A stretch of DNA of 64,000 nucleotides from Pyrodictiaceae archaeon (GCA_027036135.1 JALVSY010000030.1:192001-256000), one strand, 5' to 3'. Positions 51,532 to 62,493 are shown, counted from the first letter of the stretch. Notes: generated by a model not told the origin, from the sequence alone. Made by a program: numbers and translations.

Positions 51532-52229
51532 GGCTCATTATAGTCGGTATTGAGGGCGAGATTAATCTCGGGTTTATAGCAAGGCTGGCAGCGAATTTCC
51601 GTGTAGACGAATTCTACCTAGTATCGCCTAGGGCCTTGCCGAGTAGCCCAGAAGCGAGACGATTCGCGGCTAATGGTGCATACATGTTAGATAAGGCGAT
51701 AATAGTTAATGAGCTTGATGAAGCCATAAAAGGTATTGGTTTATCCGCGTGTACAAGTGCTAAGATAGGTCAAAAAGGCGATGTTGTCCGTCATGCTGTC
51801 TCAGCGCGTGAATTTGCTGAGCAAATAGCTCCGCGTTATAGTAGCATAGGTCTAGTCTTTGGACGAGAGAGCGTGGGTCTTACACGCGAGGAGTTGGCTA
51901 AGTGTGACCTATTAGTACATATTCCCGCGAACCCTGACTACCCCGTACTTAACCTTAGTCATGCTGTTGGAATAATACTCTATGAGCTTTGGCAGAGTCT
52001 TAATAAGCCGCAGCTATATGAAAAAGCGCCAGAGAAGCAGCTTCGCTACATATATGAAAAGCTTGAGCCAGTGATAGACTCTCTAGTAGATAAAGAAAGA
52101 GTATCTCAGGTTAAGGCCGCACTAAAGCATCTATTATGGAAATCCGGGATAACACCAGGCGAGGCATCTTTGCTCTATTACCTAGCTAAAAAGCTTAAAC
52201 GAGTTATAGAGGAGTGTGAAAAACAATGA
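51513..52229 (+). CDS. trmJ: TrmJ-family SPOUT RNA methyltransferase
   Basis: NLGFIAR, VFGRESVGL and IPANPDYPVLNLSHAV. Confidence 0.9.
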   Translation: MQGTRIRLIIVGIEGEINLGFIARLAANFRVDEFYLVSPRALPSSPEARRFAANGAYMLDKAIIVNELDEAIKGIGLSACTSAKIGQKGDVVRHAVSAREFAEQIAPRYSSIGLVFGRESVGLTREELAKCDLLVHIPANPDYPVLNLSHAVGIILYELWQSLNKPQLYEKAPEKQLRYIYEKLEPVIDSLVDKERVSQVKAALKHLLWKSGITPGEASLLYYLAKKLKRVIEECEKQ

Positions 52230-53269
52230 GCAATGTCAAGGTAGTTTTCACGACTAATCCAGGCATCGAGGACATAGTAACTGAAGAAGTTAGCGCAAAG
52301 CTAGAAGCAGCTATTCTTGAACAAAGGAGTGGAAAAGGACGAGTCCTGGCATCAGTTCCTCTAGCTAACATTGATTTAGTTGATTCGTTGCGCTCAATTC
52401 ACCGTGCAAGAATACTTCTTCATCGAGGCACCATCTGTAAGAAAAAAGAATGCCTAGAAACGATTAAGGATGCTATTCGTGGAACCGATATTCCAAGGTA
52501 CGTGACGCCTTCCACAACGTTCGCTGTCAGAGCCGAACGCGTCGGTGAACACGATTATAGCTCCCTTGATATTGCCAGAGTAGCAGGCGATGCAGTCATA
52601 GAGGTCGTAGAGAAGACTCATGGGGAAAGACCGCGCGTTGATCTGGATTATCCATCGGTTATAGTGGTCGTTGACGTGATAAACGATGAACTCTATGTAT
52701 CAATAGAGCTTGGCGGCGACTTATCCTGGCATAGGAGAGGGTACAGAATTTATGATCACCCAGCTGCTCTTAAGCCTACACTTGCATATGCTATGCTTCG
52801 CATCTCAGGTGCAAGGGATGGAGACACTATACTGGATCCTATGTGTGGAGGCGGAACGGTAGCTATCGAGGCAGCGCTTCTCTTTGAATCATCGCGCATA
52901 ATTTGTCTCGATAAGAATCCACGACATATAATGGGTGCGAGACTTAATGCTAGAGCAGCTCTCGTGGAACCCCGCATAGAATTCATCGTTGGTGATGCAA
53001 CTCGGTTATCAAGATACATTAATCGAGCAGACATAATTGTGTCAAATCCCCCCTATGGTATTAGAATGGGTAGCCCCCGTGAAGTAAGAACACTCTATAA
53101 ACGCTTCCTGGAAGAAGCAGTTAAGGTCATAGATAAGTCAATAACTATTATAACGACCGAGCATGTCATAGCTAAGCAGGTTCTTAGTAAGCATAACTGG
53201 GAGATAGTTGAAGATAGAATTGTTGCTCACGGGAATCTACATCCACACATAATAGTGGCTAAGCGATAA
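52226..53269 (+). CDS. trm14: THUMP-domain tRNA (guanine-N2)-methyltransferase, Trm14-like
   Basis: THUMP domain, HRRGYR..HPAALKP, LDPMCGGGT and NPPYG. Confidence 0.88.
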   Translation: MSNVKVVFTTNPGIEDIVTEEVSAKLEAAILEQRSGKGRVLASVPLANIDLVDSLRSIHRARILLHRGTICKKKECLETIKDAIRGTDIPRYVTPSTTFAVRAERVGEHDYSSLDIARVAGDAVIEVVEKTHGERPRVDLDYPSVIVVVDVINDELYVSIELGGDLSWHRRGYRIYDHPAALKPTLAYAMLRISGARDGDTILDPMCGGGTVAIEAALLFESSRIICLDKNPRHIMGARLNARAALVEPRIEFIVGDATRLSRYINRADIIVSNPPYGIRMGSPREVRTLYKRFLEEAVKVIDKSITIITTEHVIAKQVLSKHNWEIVEDRIVAHGNLHPHIIVAKR

Positions 53270-53360
53270 CCCCCATGCATGCCTTGGAAGACTAGTATTT
53301 AATACCCTAGTCTCTTTTCTCTGCACAGCAAGGGGCCACGAGGAGAGGGGTGTGCAATAA

Positions 53361-53909
53361 ATGCCACAGAAGCCTGCCAGATGCTTCACAAAGAGGCGCT
53401 CAAAGGCATTCTCCGGCCCAGCCTATACCAGGCACGAATACATTCATGGTGTACCTCCGCCCAAGATACAGAAATTCACAATGGGTAACCCACACGGTGA
53501 TTACGACTACCTACTGGAGCTATATGTCCTCGAGCGTGGCCAGATAAGGCATAACGCACTCGAAGCAGCACGCGTCATGGTTCATAAGTACTTATCAACA
53601 ACTATAGGTGACACCAATTATCTATTCCGCGTAAGGGTATACCCGCATCATGTACTCAGAGAACACAAAATGATGGCATTTGCAGGCGCAGACCGTCTAC
53701 AAGAAGGCATGAGGCTAGCCTTCGGCAAGCCCGTCGGTACGGCAGCGCGTGTATTTCCGGGCCAGGCCGTTTTAGAGGTACGAGTAAGACAAGAGCATCT
53801 AGAGCATGCAAAAGAAGCACTACGCAGAGGTGCATCAAAGCTGCCGCTGCCTAGCAGAATAAGAATTATCCCGCTTAAACCAGAGCTAAGCAAGACAGCA
53901 AGTAGCTAA
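53361..53909 (+). CDS. rpl10e: Ribosomal protein uL16 (L10e)
   Basis: [11 protein letters not shown] and [16 protein letters not shown]. Confidence 0.98.
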   Translation: MPQKPARCFTKRRSKAFSGPAYTRHEYIHGVPPPKIQKFTMGNPHGDYDYLLELYVLERGQIRHNALEAARVMVHKYLSTTIGDTNYLFRVRVYPHHVLREHKMMAFAGADRLQEGMRLAFGKPVGTAARVFPGQAVLEVRVRQEHLEHAKEALRRGASKLPLPSRIRIIPLKPELSKTASS

Positions 53910-53986
53910 CATTATACTGCTGGCCTTATTATTTCTAGATACAAAACCCCGCTTTTAACCGCTGGTGATAGTAGGGCAGATTTTTT

Positions 53987-55054
53987 ATGAAGAAAGACTG
54001 CGTATACACAGATGGTTCTTATCGCTTCGACTTCTCCACGCTTCTCGAACTCCTTGTCAAGAGGGGAAGGTCTAAAAGAGTTGAACTATACATTGAAGCC
54101 CCTCAGGGTTTCGTACGCTTACTTAGGCACATTAGTGACTTTCTTTCCGAGTGCCTAGCTAGTAAGGGCTACGAGGCAACGGTACACATTAAGCTAGAGC
54201 CTGTGTTCGGGGCATGTGCTCTTAGCATTGATGAACTTAAGTATATCGGTAAGAATGTGTTCCTCATCCATCTAGGGCATGATCCGTATATCTACCCGAT
54301 CTGTACCGGAGGCACATGCTATCATAGTTCTCTTCCTAACGTTGTGTTTGTTCCAGGCGAGTATGTGGGAGGTAGTGTTGAGGAAATTGTAGAAAATCTG
54401 AGAGAGCTGCTTGGTGCTTCAAAAAGATTAGCTATAGGTTACTCTGTCCAACATCGCATGCTCTCTCATAGTGTTGCAGAAGCTCTAAGTAGGAATGGTT
54501 ACGATATTAGATTAGTAGCACCTGTCCTTGGGTGCTATTATTACAACCTTGTCAAGTATAGAGACGTTGTTGATGCGTTTATAGTAATCGCTGGGGGCTA
54601 CTTCCACTCTCTAGGCCTCGGACTAGCTCTTGGAGGCGAAAAAACAGTCCTAAGAGCTGATCCCTACTCCAACAAAGTAGAGAATATCGGTGACAAAGTA
54701 CTACATGTCCTCTCCAAGAGATACTGGGCCTTATCACTCTTATCAAGTGCTAAATCGCTTGGCATAATAATCGGGTTACTGCCTGGTCAGTACAGGCCTT
54801 GGATAGCTAGTTTCATAGAAGCACTGGCTAGGCGTCGAGGAATAAAAACTTACAAACTTTATGCGAGGTATCTTAGCAGAGAAGTTCTCGATAATTTGAG
54901 TCCAAGCGATTACGATGCCTTTGTCGTTACGTCTTGTCCTAGACTGGCTATAGATGATTTAGGTGATTATTGGAAACCCGTACTTACGCCAGCTGAGGCC
55001 AGGCTATGGCTTACCGATGCTCTTGGTAAATACGGCTATACTTTTCCATGGTGA
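53987..55054 (+). CDS. dph2: Diphthamide synthesis protein Dph2
   Basis: FGAC, HLGH, VLGC, GG.FH, GQ and TSCPRLAIDD. Confidence 0.9.
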   Translation: MKKDCVYTDGSYRFDFSTLLELLVKRGRSKRVELYIEAPQGFVRLLRHISDFLSECLASKGYEATVHIKLEPVFGACALSIDELKYIGKNVFLIHLGHDPYIYPICTGGTCYHSSLPNVVFVPGEYVGGSVEEIVENLRELLGASKRLAIGYSVQHRMLSHSVAEALSRNGYDIRLVAPVLGCYYYNLVKYRDVVDAFIVIAGGYFHSLGLGLALGGEKTVLRADPYSNKVENIGDKVLHVLSKRYWALSLLSSAKSLGIIIGLLPGQYRPWIASFIEALARRRGIKTYKLYARYLSREVLDNLSPSDYDAFVVTSCPRLAIDDLGDYWKPVLTPAEARLWLTDALGKYGYTFPW

Positions 55055-55062
55055 TTAACTAG

Positions 55063-55695
55063 TTGTTGAAACCTTCACAAATAGTACTTATTTTGGAAAA
55101 GAATGTTAAGCGCTTTAGTAAACCAAAACGTCTTCTCGAACAATACCGCACGCCACCAGAGATAGCTGTTGAGATTGCTCTTTGGTTAAGGAGTATTGGC
55201 TGTGAAGTAGTAGTTGACCTAGGCACAGGTACAGGCATGATAGCCTATGCTTCGTCTCTACTCGGCTTCTATGTCGTCGGAATAGACATTGATAGCGATG
55301 CCCTAAAGGATGCTATAGAGTCAAAGCTCTATAGTAAATTGGCCATAGATTTTGTACAAGCTGATGCCAGATATCTCCCCCTCCGACAAGGTGGCGACAA
55401 GTACTGCGTTGCGCAGAATCCTCCCTTTGGTATACAACGAAAAGGACAAGACACGGTATTTCTTGGAGCAGCTGCTGGGCTCGAGGCTAGTTACATAGCA
55501 TCAATACATCATGGAGGCTCGAATAGTGCTCTCAATTACTTAGAAGATTTTATGAAAAAATATGGATACAGGCTTAAGCACATTGAAGCATTTAAGTTCC
55601 CAATACCCGCTATGTATCGGAGCCATACTAGGCGCATCTATTACGCCCCCGCGCTACTACTGCTATTTGAGAGAAAAAGGGTGCACGAGCATTGA
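55063..55695 (+). CDS. METTL5-family methyltransferase
   Basis: LEQYRTP, DLGTGTG and NPPFG. Confidence 0.88.
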   Translation: MLKPSQIVLILEKNVKRFSKPKRLLEQYRTPPEIAVEIALWLRSIGCEVVVDLGTGTGMIAYASSLLGFYVVGIDIDSDALKDAIESKLYSKLAIDFVQADARYLPLRQGGDKYCVAQNPPFGIQRKGQDTVFLGAAAGLEASYIASIHHGGSNSALNYLEDFMKKYGYRLKHIEAFKFPIPAMYRSHTRRIYYAPALLLLFERKRVHEH

Positions 55696-56291
55696 GCAAC
55701 GTGCTAGCAAGTATCGTTGGTAAAAAGGTGTACCCTGGCGACGTGCTTTGTACTATAGAGGAGTTTCTGCCAGGTGATGGAGTATACGTTGAGGATGGAT
55801 ATATACGAGCAGCTCGCTTTGGTATAGTTGAGGTAGATTTTGCTAATAGGTGTATACACGTTAAGCCTCTTGGTAAAAGACCGCGTTTACCAAGAAAAGG
55901 TTCAGTAGTATATGGAGTCGTTACTGGTGTGCCTAGAGAGGAGCTAGCCTTTGTAAAGATATTTGCAGATGAGAGAATGATGCCTTTTAACGGGTTCTTT
56001 AGCGGCGTGCTCCACGTATCACAGGCTAGTGATACACCGGGCCAGCACAGCATCTACGATTTTGTGAAGCCAGGCGACTTCATAAGGGCAACAATAGTAT
56101 CTTCTTCAGCGCCATACTTGTTGTCCATCAAGAGGCCGCAGGATGGTGTGATTCTCGCTTATTGCTCGGTTTGTGGTGCTCCTCTGTATAAGGTTCCGGG
56201 TAGCCCATACTTGGTGTGTAAGCGTTGCGGAAATAAGGAGAAACGCAAGATAGCAATACACTACATGTTGGAGGAGAGAAGAAAGAGGTAG
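55692..56291 (+). CDS. csl4: Exosome RNA-binding subunit Csl4
   Basis: VYPGD..EEF.PG.G, an S1 domain and a CSVCG..CKRCG..EKRK zinc ribbon. Confidence 0.93.
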   Translation: MSNVLASIVGKKVYPGDVLCTIEEFLPGDGVYVEDGYIRAARFGIVEVDFANRCIHVKPLGKRPRLPRKGSVVYGVVTGVPREELAFVKIFADERMMPFNGFFSGVLHVSQASDTPGQHSIYDFVKPGDFIRATIVSSSAPYLLSIKRPQDGVILAYCSVCGAPLYKVPGSPYLVCKRCGNKEKRKIAIHYMLEERRKR

Positions 56292-56296
56292 AACTA

Positions 56297-56941
56297 GTGA
56301 TGCCTATCAAAGTTATTAAGAAGAAGCTCTATGTAACAAGCATCCCACCGGGTTTTCCACTAGAAAAGATATACGAGAAAATATCCAGTAATGTCAGGAC
56401 ACCTTTCGCCGAAATAAGTATACGTGGTAATAGGGCATTCATAGAGCTAGTAGGCACCGAGGCCGAAATAAAAGATACATGGTACAGGATTAGGAACGCT
56501 CTACAAGATCTCTGGGAGCTATACAGATTAGAGAGACAGAAGGAAGCAACAATAAACGCCATAGTTAAGGAAGCTGGACGCACCTTTCCTCCAGAGTCGC
56601 TTGTATACGCACTTAAGCTAAAAGGGTATGATGCGAGGCTGAGCGAAGATAAGCAATACATCTATACTAATGCGCCACCCGATATAGTTGTTGAAAGTGC
56701 CCGCCGCATAGCAGAGGTAATCGATGAGATAAGATTCCAAGTAAAGGGATCGGCGGCAAAACGCATGATAGCAGCTATAGCCGTTGGTTTATCGGTTGAT
56801 CCCGAGAAGGTAATAGAGTATGGGCTTAAGACGCGCGTTCTAGAAGAAACCGATGATGGACTTAGGCTACGAGAGGAATGGAGAAAAGGTCTAAGAAAGA
56901 TAGCAGTCATGCTTAAGGGGGCTGAGCTAGGCTTCGAGTAG
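56297..56941 (+). CDS. Conserved archaeal protein (DUF2067-like)
   Basis: Intact ORF between csl4 and rpoL. The family call comes from synteny and pattern. Confidence 0.55.
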   Translation: MMPIKVIKKKLYVTSIPPGFPLEKIYEKISSNVRTPFAEISIRGNRAFIELVGTEAEIKDTWYRIRNALQDLWELYRLERQKEATINAIVKEAGRTFPPESLVYALKLKGYDARLSEDKQYIYTNAPPDIVVESARRIAEVIDEIRFQVKGSAAKRMIAAIAVGLSVDPEKVIEYGLKTRVLEETDDGLRLREEWRKGLRKIAVMLKGAELGFE

Positions 56942-56958
56942 GTGGGGCTGAGCAGAAG

Positions 56959-57294
56959 ATGAGTAGCCAAGAGCAATTGCTTGCAGGGTCAAAACTTAGG
57001 CTGCTTAAACGCGAGAAAGACTCTATTGAAATAGAGCTTGAAGGCGAGGATCACACAATAGCGAATCTGATCGCGAAGTATGCTATACGCAAAAAGGGCG
57101 TCGTGTATTCATCATACATAATATCTCATCCATTAGTTGGGAAACCCGTGGTCGTGTTATCAACTGATGGTAGTCGTGATCCTTTAGAAGTACTTGAAGA
57201 AGTGCTGAACGATATAATCAGGGATGCAAAGGAGTTCCGCAACAAGCTACAAGAGGTTATAAAAAATAATGCATTCTGCCAAGAAAGAGGCTAG
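56959..57294 (+). CDS. rpoL: RNA polymerase subunit Rpo11/L
   Basis: EGEDHTIANL and Y..SHPL. Confidence 0.95.
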   Translation: MSSQEQLLAGSKLRLLKREKDSIEIELEGEDHTIANLIAKYAIRKKGVVYSSYIISHPLVGKPVVVLSTDGSRDPLEVLEEVLNDIIRDAKEFRNKLQEVIKNNAFCQERG

Positions 57295-57631
57295 ACTTTT
57301 ACTCATTTATAGATGCAACGAAGGCCTTTATGCAGTAATAGTGTTTAGAGGCCCTTTCCGTCTAGAGTATGCCAGTACTGGTACTAGAGACGTAATTGAG
57401 GAAGTTGCGCATTCGAGCATATTTGATGAAATACGCTATGTTTGGCCGCCAAGCTTCTCTCGTAAACTTGGGCTAAGTCCTCTACCTAACTTGGAGAGCT
57501 ATTTTGGCTCTTGTTTACTCTGCGTGGATAATCTTGCTAAAAATATATGTAGTATAGCAGATAACTTAATAGTTTCCGAAAATTCTTTACTTTTTAAAGA
57601 CCAGAGAGAAAGCAATAAGAGGAGCCAGTAG
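57269..57631 (+). CDS. Hypothetical protein
   Basis: Co-oriented ORF overlapping the rpoL end. No motif recognised. Confidence 0.5.
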   Translation: MHSAKKEARLLLIYRCNEGLYAVIVFRGPFRLEYASTGTRDVIEEVAHSSIFDEIRYVWPPSFSRKLGLSPLPNLESYFGSCLLCVDNLAKNICSIADNLIVSENSLLFKDQRESNKRSQ

Positions 57632-57692
57632 CTAAGAGGAGCTAAACTGGCTAAACCGAATTACTATGGTACAAGTCAAGAGGTGAGCGAAG

Positions 57693-58037
57693 ATGAAGTT
57701 CTGTCCACGCTGTGGTTCATTAATGGTTGTCAAGACCATTAATGGTAAAAAAGTATGGGTCTGTCCCAGCTGTGGTTACACCGAGGAAATCAAAGACGAT
57801 GGAAGTGTCTCAGCACTTGTTCTAAAGCAGCGGATAAAACACAGCGAGAAAGAGCGGCTAGTGGTAATACCTAAAGATATCAATTGGGAAGCGATGCCAA
57901 AGACTAGAGTAACATGTCCACGCTGTGGATACCATGAAGCCTATTACTGGGTTGTACAGACTCGTCGTGCCGACGAGCCTCCAACAAGATTCTTCAAGTG
58001 TGTGCGCTGCGGATACGTATGGAGAGAATATGACTGA
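57693..58037 (+). CDS. tfs: Transcription factor S
   Basis: Two zinc ribbons and QTRRADEPPTRFFKC. Confidence 0.97.
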   Translation: MKFCPRCGSLMVVKTINGKKVWVCPSCGYTEEIKDDGSVSALVLKQRIKHSEKERLVVIPKDINWEAMPKTRVTCPRCGYHEAYYWVVQTRRADEPPTRFFKCVRCGYVWREYD

Positions 58038-58260
58038 CACGGGTAGAGGCGCGGATATTTGTTACGAGGCCGAGTACTTTACTAGACTTTTTAGGAAACT
58101 GTTAGAAGATGCAGAGGAGGCCTATTATCGCACCCCAGTGCACGTCTCGTCAAGGCCATATATGGAGCGTGTGCTTAGGCTAGTACAAGCCGGGCTTAGC
58201 GAGTCAATAAGATTACTAAGTGAATGTAAGAAAGACATGGGGAGTGAGTGGAGTGCTTAG
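58030..58260 (+). CDS. Small hypothetical helical protein
   Basis: ATG 58030 overlaps the tfs stop. 76 aa. Confidence 0.5.
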   Translation: MTDTGRGADICYEAEYFTRLFRKLLEDAEEAYYRTPVHVSSRPYMERVLRLVQAGLSESIRLLSECKKDMGSEWSA

Positions 58261-58325
58261 ACTTGATTTATGCATAGACCTTTTCTAGCTAAGTCTCCTA
58301 AATACTAGCTTCTCGGGGAGAGCGG

Positions 58326-59066
58326 TTGAAAATAACATTCTTTGATGCAAGAGTATGGCGGTACCTGATATCAGCAATCTCTAAAGTAATAGAGGAAGGC
58401 GTGTTCATAGTTGATCCAGAGAAAGGATTTAGATTTAGAGCCATGGATCCCTCACATGTAATTCTACTCGATATGAACTTTCCCCGCGAGTCCTTCGAGG
58501 AGTTCGATGTTGATAAGGAGTATCAGCTCGGCGTAAACCTAGAAGATCTTGCAAAGGTCCTAAGAAGGGCTAGGAAAGAGGATAAACTAGAGATACGAGC
58601 AGACGAGAACACGATATCAATTAGCTTCATAGGTAAAGGATATCGTGAGTTCACACTACCATTACTCGATGTAACAGCTGAGGAGATACCAGAGCCCGAG
58701 CTAGAGTTCAAGGCAAACGTAAAAGTGATGAGCGATGTCTATAGAGATACTATTAAGGATGTAGAACTAGTCGGTGACGTGATAAAATTCACGGCCTCCG
58801 AGAACGAGTTTCGCGTAGAGTCTTCAAGCGAGTTAGCAGAAGCGGAGATAGTCTATACCCTTGAGAGTGGTAGCATAATAGAACTGAATGTTGAGGATAC
58901 TCAGTCAGCGATGTATACGCTCGAGTACTTTAGCGATCTCTCCGGAGCAGCACGTGTGGCAGATACAATAACTATACGCTTTAGTAGCGAAATGCCTGCT
59001 CTTATAGAGCATGAGATACCTCAGGGAGCTAAGTTTAGTTTCCTAATAGCTCCGCGGGTCGAGTAA
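58326..59066 (+). CDS. pcn: PCNA sliding clamp (paralogue 2)
   Basis: AMDPSHV, YTLEY, EMP and FLIAPRVE. Confidence 0.96.
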   Translation: MKITFFDARVWRYLISAISKVIEEGVFIVDPEKGFRFRAMDPSHVILLDMNFPRESFEEFDVDKEYQLGVNLEDLAKVLRRARKEDKLEIRADENTISISFIGKGYREFTLPLLDVTAEEIPEPELEFKANVKVMSDVYRDTIKDVELVGDVIKFTASENEFRVESSSELAEAEIVYTLESGSIIELNVEDTQSAMYTLEYFSDLSGAARVADTITIRFSSEMPALIEHEIPQGAKFSFLIAPRVE

Positions 59067-59127
59067 GGGCCACGAAAAATGCATCAAATTTTATCAATAG
59101 TGCCATAATTTATCCTTTAGTAGCGGG

Positions 59128-60324
59128 TTGTCTTTAGGCTCGGAACATAGATATAAGGGTCACGTAGTAATGGCCGACCTCTTTCGGCGAACAAAGCGCT
59201 TCCTAGAGCGGATAACAAGGAACTACTATGAGAGAAAAACACCTCATGTCCCGAATGACTTCATGTTAAGAGAGTTTGCTGCCCAGACCTGGCATAGTAG
59301 GAGCTACATAAGGCACATGGCTTTCCAGAGCATAGAGGAGATAAAAAAATTCCTCGTGACAAAGGCGCCACGTCACTTCTACTATTCCTCAGCTAGGTAT
59401 AATCAGCCCGAAGCAAACGATATGGAGCTTAAAGGATGGCGCTCTGCAGACCTGGTATTCGATATTGATGCAGACCATTTACCTGAGTGCACAGATAAGG
59501 TTATTGAGATAAAAATTGAGGCAAGCGGTGAGAAAACAAGCCTAGTCGATGACGAGTGTATAGAACGTGCCTCACTCCGTGCTCTCAACCTTAGAGATAT
59601 ACTAGTCTATGAGTTGGGCATAGACGAGAAACGCATAGCAATAGAGTTTTCAGGTAATAGAGGTTTTCATGTCACGGCATACCTTGACGACAATAATGAG
59701 CTAGCTAAGAGCGGTTCAGACGTAAGAAGAGAACTAGTAAACTACATAAAAGCCATAGACCTCCTAGACGAGTCTCTTGAACCGTGGCGCCAGCTCAGCC
59801 TTAGACGTGGTAGGCCCAGCCCTATTCCGCCTAGCCCTCTGAGCGGCGGTGTGCGCGGCCGCCTTGCCAGAATAATGGTGCGCTTAGCTCAGCAACGAGG
59901 ATTAACAAGTATAGTGGCCAAGCTATATAAGTTTCAGTCACAGAAGACCACAATGCTGTATGAAAATGCATTAAAAGATCTTGAGCAAGAAGCGCGTGAA
60001 CTTATTGGAGTGGAAATAGATGAGCAAGTAACAATAGATACTTCTCGATTAATCCGTGCACCTTGGAGCCTAAACGGGAAAACAATGCTACCAGTCATGC
60101 CTCTAGACGAGCATATGTTAATTAGATTCAAGCTCTCTGCACATATCTCCCCGTTTGCAAACATGGAGCCCGTGCGTGTGCGTATGCTTACAAATATCCC
60201 GACTAGTATAAAGATTCTAGGTACAAGAATGAGCTTGAAGAAAGATGATAGACCTAAACTTGATGCTCCCTTGGCGCTCTACTTGCTTAGTAAAGGGCTT
60301 GCTATAATAGAGCAGGAGGGGTGA
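59128..60324 (+). CDS. priS: DNA primase small subunit PriS
   Basis: DLVFDIDAD, FSGNRGFH and IDEQVTIDTSRLIRAP.SLNGK. Confidence 0.96.
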   Translation: MSLGSEHRYKGHVVMADLFRRTKRFLERITRNYYERKTPHVPNDFMLREFAAQTWHSRSYIRHMAFQSIEEIKKFLVTKAPRHFYYSSARYNQPEANDMELKGWRSADLVFDIDADHLPECTDKVIEIKIEASGEKTSLVDDECIERASLRALNLRDILVYELGIDEKRIAIEFSGNRGFHVTAYLDDNNELAKSGSDVRRELVNYIKAIDLLDESLEPWRQLSLRRGRPSPIPPSPLSGGVRGRLARIMVRLAQQRGLTSIVAKLYKFQSQKTTMLYENALKDLEQEARELIGVEIDEQVTIDTSRLIRAPWSLNGKTMLPVMPLDEHMLIRFKLSAHISPFANMEPVRVRMLTNIPTSIKILGTRMSLKKDDRPKLDAPLALYLLSKGLAIIEQEG

Positions 60325-60800
60325 TTCCCCCAATGGTTGATGGCTATGACGAGGCTGGATTACAAGCCCTTATTCGCTCGGCCAAGAGGCTTCTAGAAGA
60401 AGGTAAGCTAGAAAGCATACTCGATGATGCGAAGCGCTATAGGGAAGGCTTAGCAAGTACTCTGCTCTCATTAGAAAATTATAAACATAGCGATATATTG
60501 GAAACTTATCTTAATATGGCTAATAAGGCTATTAAACTCTTATTGAAGTCATATAGCACGGCTAACAAGGTTAACAGAGAGGAAGCTGAAGCAACGCTCG
60601 CCGGGATAATAGGCTTAGCTGTTTCAGCAGATAAGTGTACGCTCATAGAGCTAGCAACCGATATCAAGCTCCGGGGTAAGAATAGAAGCCTTGGTTCCAT
60701 AACTTGTGTTAGCTCCGAGAAAGCAGTACACATGGTTTTAGCAGATATCGCCTCATTATTGCCCAGCGGCCTCAGTGAAGCCCTCAGAGGCTCAGAGTAG
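60321..60800 (+). CDS. Probable GINS subunit (Gins15/51-like)
   Basis: Conserved position between priS and rpl44e, with a helical N-terminal part and a short B-domain-like C-terminus. Confidence 0.5.
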   Translation: MIPPMVDGYDEAGLQALIRSAKRLLEEGKLESILDDAKRYREGLASTLLSLENYKHSDILETYLNMANKAIKLLLKSYSTANKVNREEAEATLAGIIGLAVSADKCTLIELATDIKLRGKNRSLGSITCVSSEKAVHMVLADIASLLPSGLSEALRGSE

Positions 60801-60867
60801 TATTTAAGCCAGAACCCTGTCTCTCGTGATGAGGGTACTAAGTAAGGGGCTGGGGAGTGATAGCGCC

Positions 60868-61152
60868 GTGAAAGTACCAAAGGTGATAGTAACGTACTGT
60901 CCCCGTTGCCGTACACATACACCACACACAGTAATGATATATAAGCATGGTAAGAGACGTAGCCTTGCAGAAGGTGAGCGCAGATATAGGCGCAAGCAAG
61001 AAGGTTATGGTAGCAAGAGGAAGCCTGAGCAAAAACGCTTCGCAAAGGTAACAAAGAAGGTCGTACTCAAGCTCAAGTGCCAAAAGTGCGGCTACATACT
61101 GCACCGTAGAGGCATTAGGCTTAAGAAAGTTGAATTAGTCGAGGTGAGGTGA
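60868..61152 (+). CDS. rpl44e: Ribosomal protein eL42 (L44e)
   Basis: (M)KVPK..TYCPRC..HT.H, GYG..K and CQKCG. Confidence 0.97.
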   Translation: MKVPKVIVTYCPRCRTHTPHTVMIYKHGKRRSLAEGERRYRRKQEGYGSKRKPEQKRFAKVTKKVVLKLKCQKCGYILHRRGIRLKKVELVEVR

Positions 61153-61158
61153 GACCTT

Positions 61159-61359
61159 ATGGTCAAGAAGCTCAAGATACTAGTTCCTCAGCCGCGTAGC
61201 AGGTTCCTATTGGTACGCTGCCCGGTATGCGGAAACGAGCAAGTAGTATTCAGCCATGCTACTTTCCCGGTACGTTGCCTAGTATGCGGTGCACAGCTAG
61301 TCGAGCCTACTGGAGGAAAAGCAAAGATACATGGCCAGGTAGTTAGAGTCCTCGGCTAA
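61159..61359 (+). CDS. rps27e: Ribosomal protein eS27
   Basis: [19 protein letters not shown] and PTGGKA. Confidence 0.98.
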   Translation: MVKKLKILVPQPRSRFLLVRCPVCGNEQVVFSHATFPVRCLVCGAQLVEPTGGKAKIHGQVVRVLG

Positions 61360-61488
61360 TAATAGCTATATGGCTTATGTAAAGCTTAGGTATTCGCCTT
61401 TTTCTAGGAATAACCTGCTTCAAGAGACGTACATAGTTCGTTTTTATTGAGTCTCTCTAATAGGGTATCAAGAGGTGATATAGTAACC

Positions 61489-62292
61489 TTGGCAATTAGG
61501 AAGAAAGAGCTACCCGATGTAGGCGAACTCGTTGTAGCAACAGTGAGAGAAGTATATGACTATGGAGCCTACCTTAACCTCGACGAGTATGGCGGCCTAG
61601 AAGCATACTTGCCGTGGAGCGAGGTTGCTTCTCGATGGGTCCGTAGCATTCATGATGTAGTTAAGCCTGGCCAGAAAGTCGTTGTAAAGGTTATACGTGT
61701 TCATAGAAAGAGAAAAACAGTTGATGTATCATTAAAGAGAGTTACTGATAGTGAAAGAAAGCGTAAAATGGCGCAGTGGAAGCGTGAGCAGAAAGCACTC
61801 AAGATCCTCGAGATAATTGGGCAGAAGAAGGGCAAGACCCTCGAGGAGATATACGAAGTAGTTGGGCGCAAGCTTGAGGAAACATTTGGCGACTTAATGA
61901 CCGCCTTCGAGGAAGCCGTTATACGAGGAGCCGAAGCCCTTAGGGAGGCTGGTATACCTGAGGAATGGATAGAGCCCATCCTAGAGGAAGTTAAGAGGCA
62001 TGTGCACGTCAAGAGAGTGAAAATAGAGGGTACAATAATAGCTACTTCTAGGGCAGGCGATGGAGTTGAGAGAGTAAAGAAGGTCCTCCTTGCAATGAAG
62101 CAACAGCTACTAAGATTCTCTAAGGACATAAGTGCACGCCTATATACCATAGGTGCGCCGCGCTACAAGATAGAGCTAGAAGCATACGATTATAGAACCA
62201 TTGAGAAAGCGCTTGAGGAGGCCCTTAGCGAGGCGGAAAAGAACGCTAAGAAGCTAGGGGTAGAGTTTAGCTTCACACGTGAAAGGAAGTAA
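61489..62292 (+). CDS. eif2a: Translation initiation factor aIF-2 alpha
   Basis: S1 domain (YGAY..LDEY, DVSLKRV) and GAPRY. TTG start lies after a GAGGTG RBS. Confidence 0.96.
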   Translation: MAIRKKELPDVGELVVATVREVYDYGAYLNLDEYGGLEAYLPWSEVASRWVRSIHDVVKPGQKVVVKVIRVHRKRKTVDVSLKRVTDSERKRKMAQWKREQKALKILEIIGQKKGKTLEEIYEVVGRKLEETFGDLMTAFEEAVIRGAEALREAGIPEEWIEPILEEVKRHVHVKRVKIEGTIIATSRAGDGVERVKKVLLAMKQQLLRFSKDISARLYTIGAPRYKIELEAYDYRTIEKALEEALSEAEKNAKKLGVEFSFTRERK

Positions 62293-62310
62293 ACAAGGAG
62301 GACCCAGGGC

Positions 62311-62493
62311 ATGCAATGGCTTTTAAGACGTTGCACTAAATGTGGACGATACACTCTTAGGAGAGATAAATGCCCTGTCTGTGGTGCCCCGGTACAGGTA
62401 CCTCATCCGCCAAGATTCTCTCCAGAGGACAAATATGTCGCATATCGTTACCGTATGAAGCTAGCGGCTCTCCGCGAACAAGTGAGTAAATAG
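62311..62493 (+). CDS. nop10: H/ACA RNP protein Nop10
   Basis: C..CGRYTL, CPVCG and HPPRFSPEDKY. Confidence 0.97.
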   Translation: MQWLLRRCTKCGRYTLRRDKCPVCGAPVQVPHPPRFSPEDKYVAYRYRMKLAALREQVSK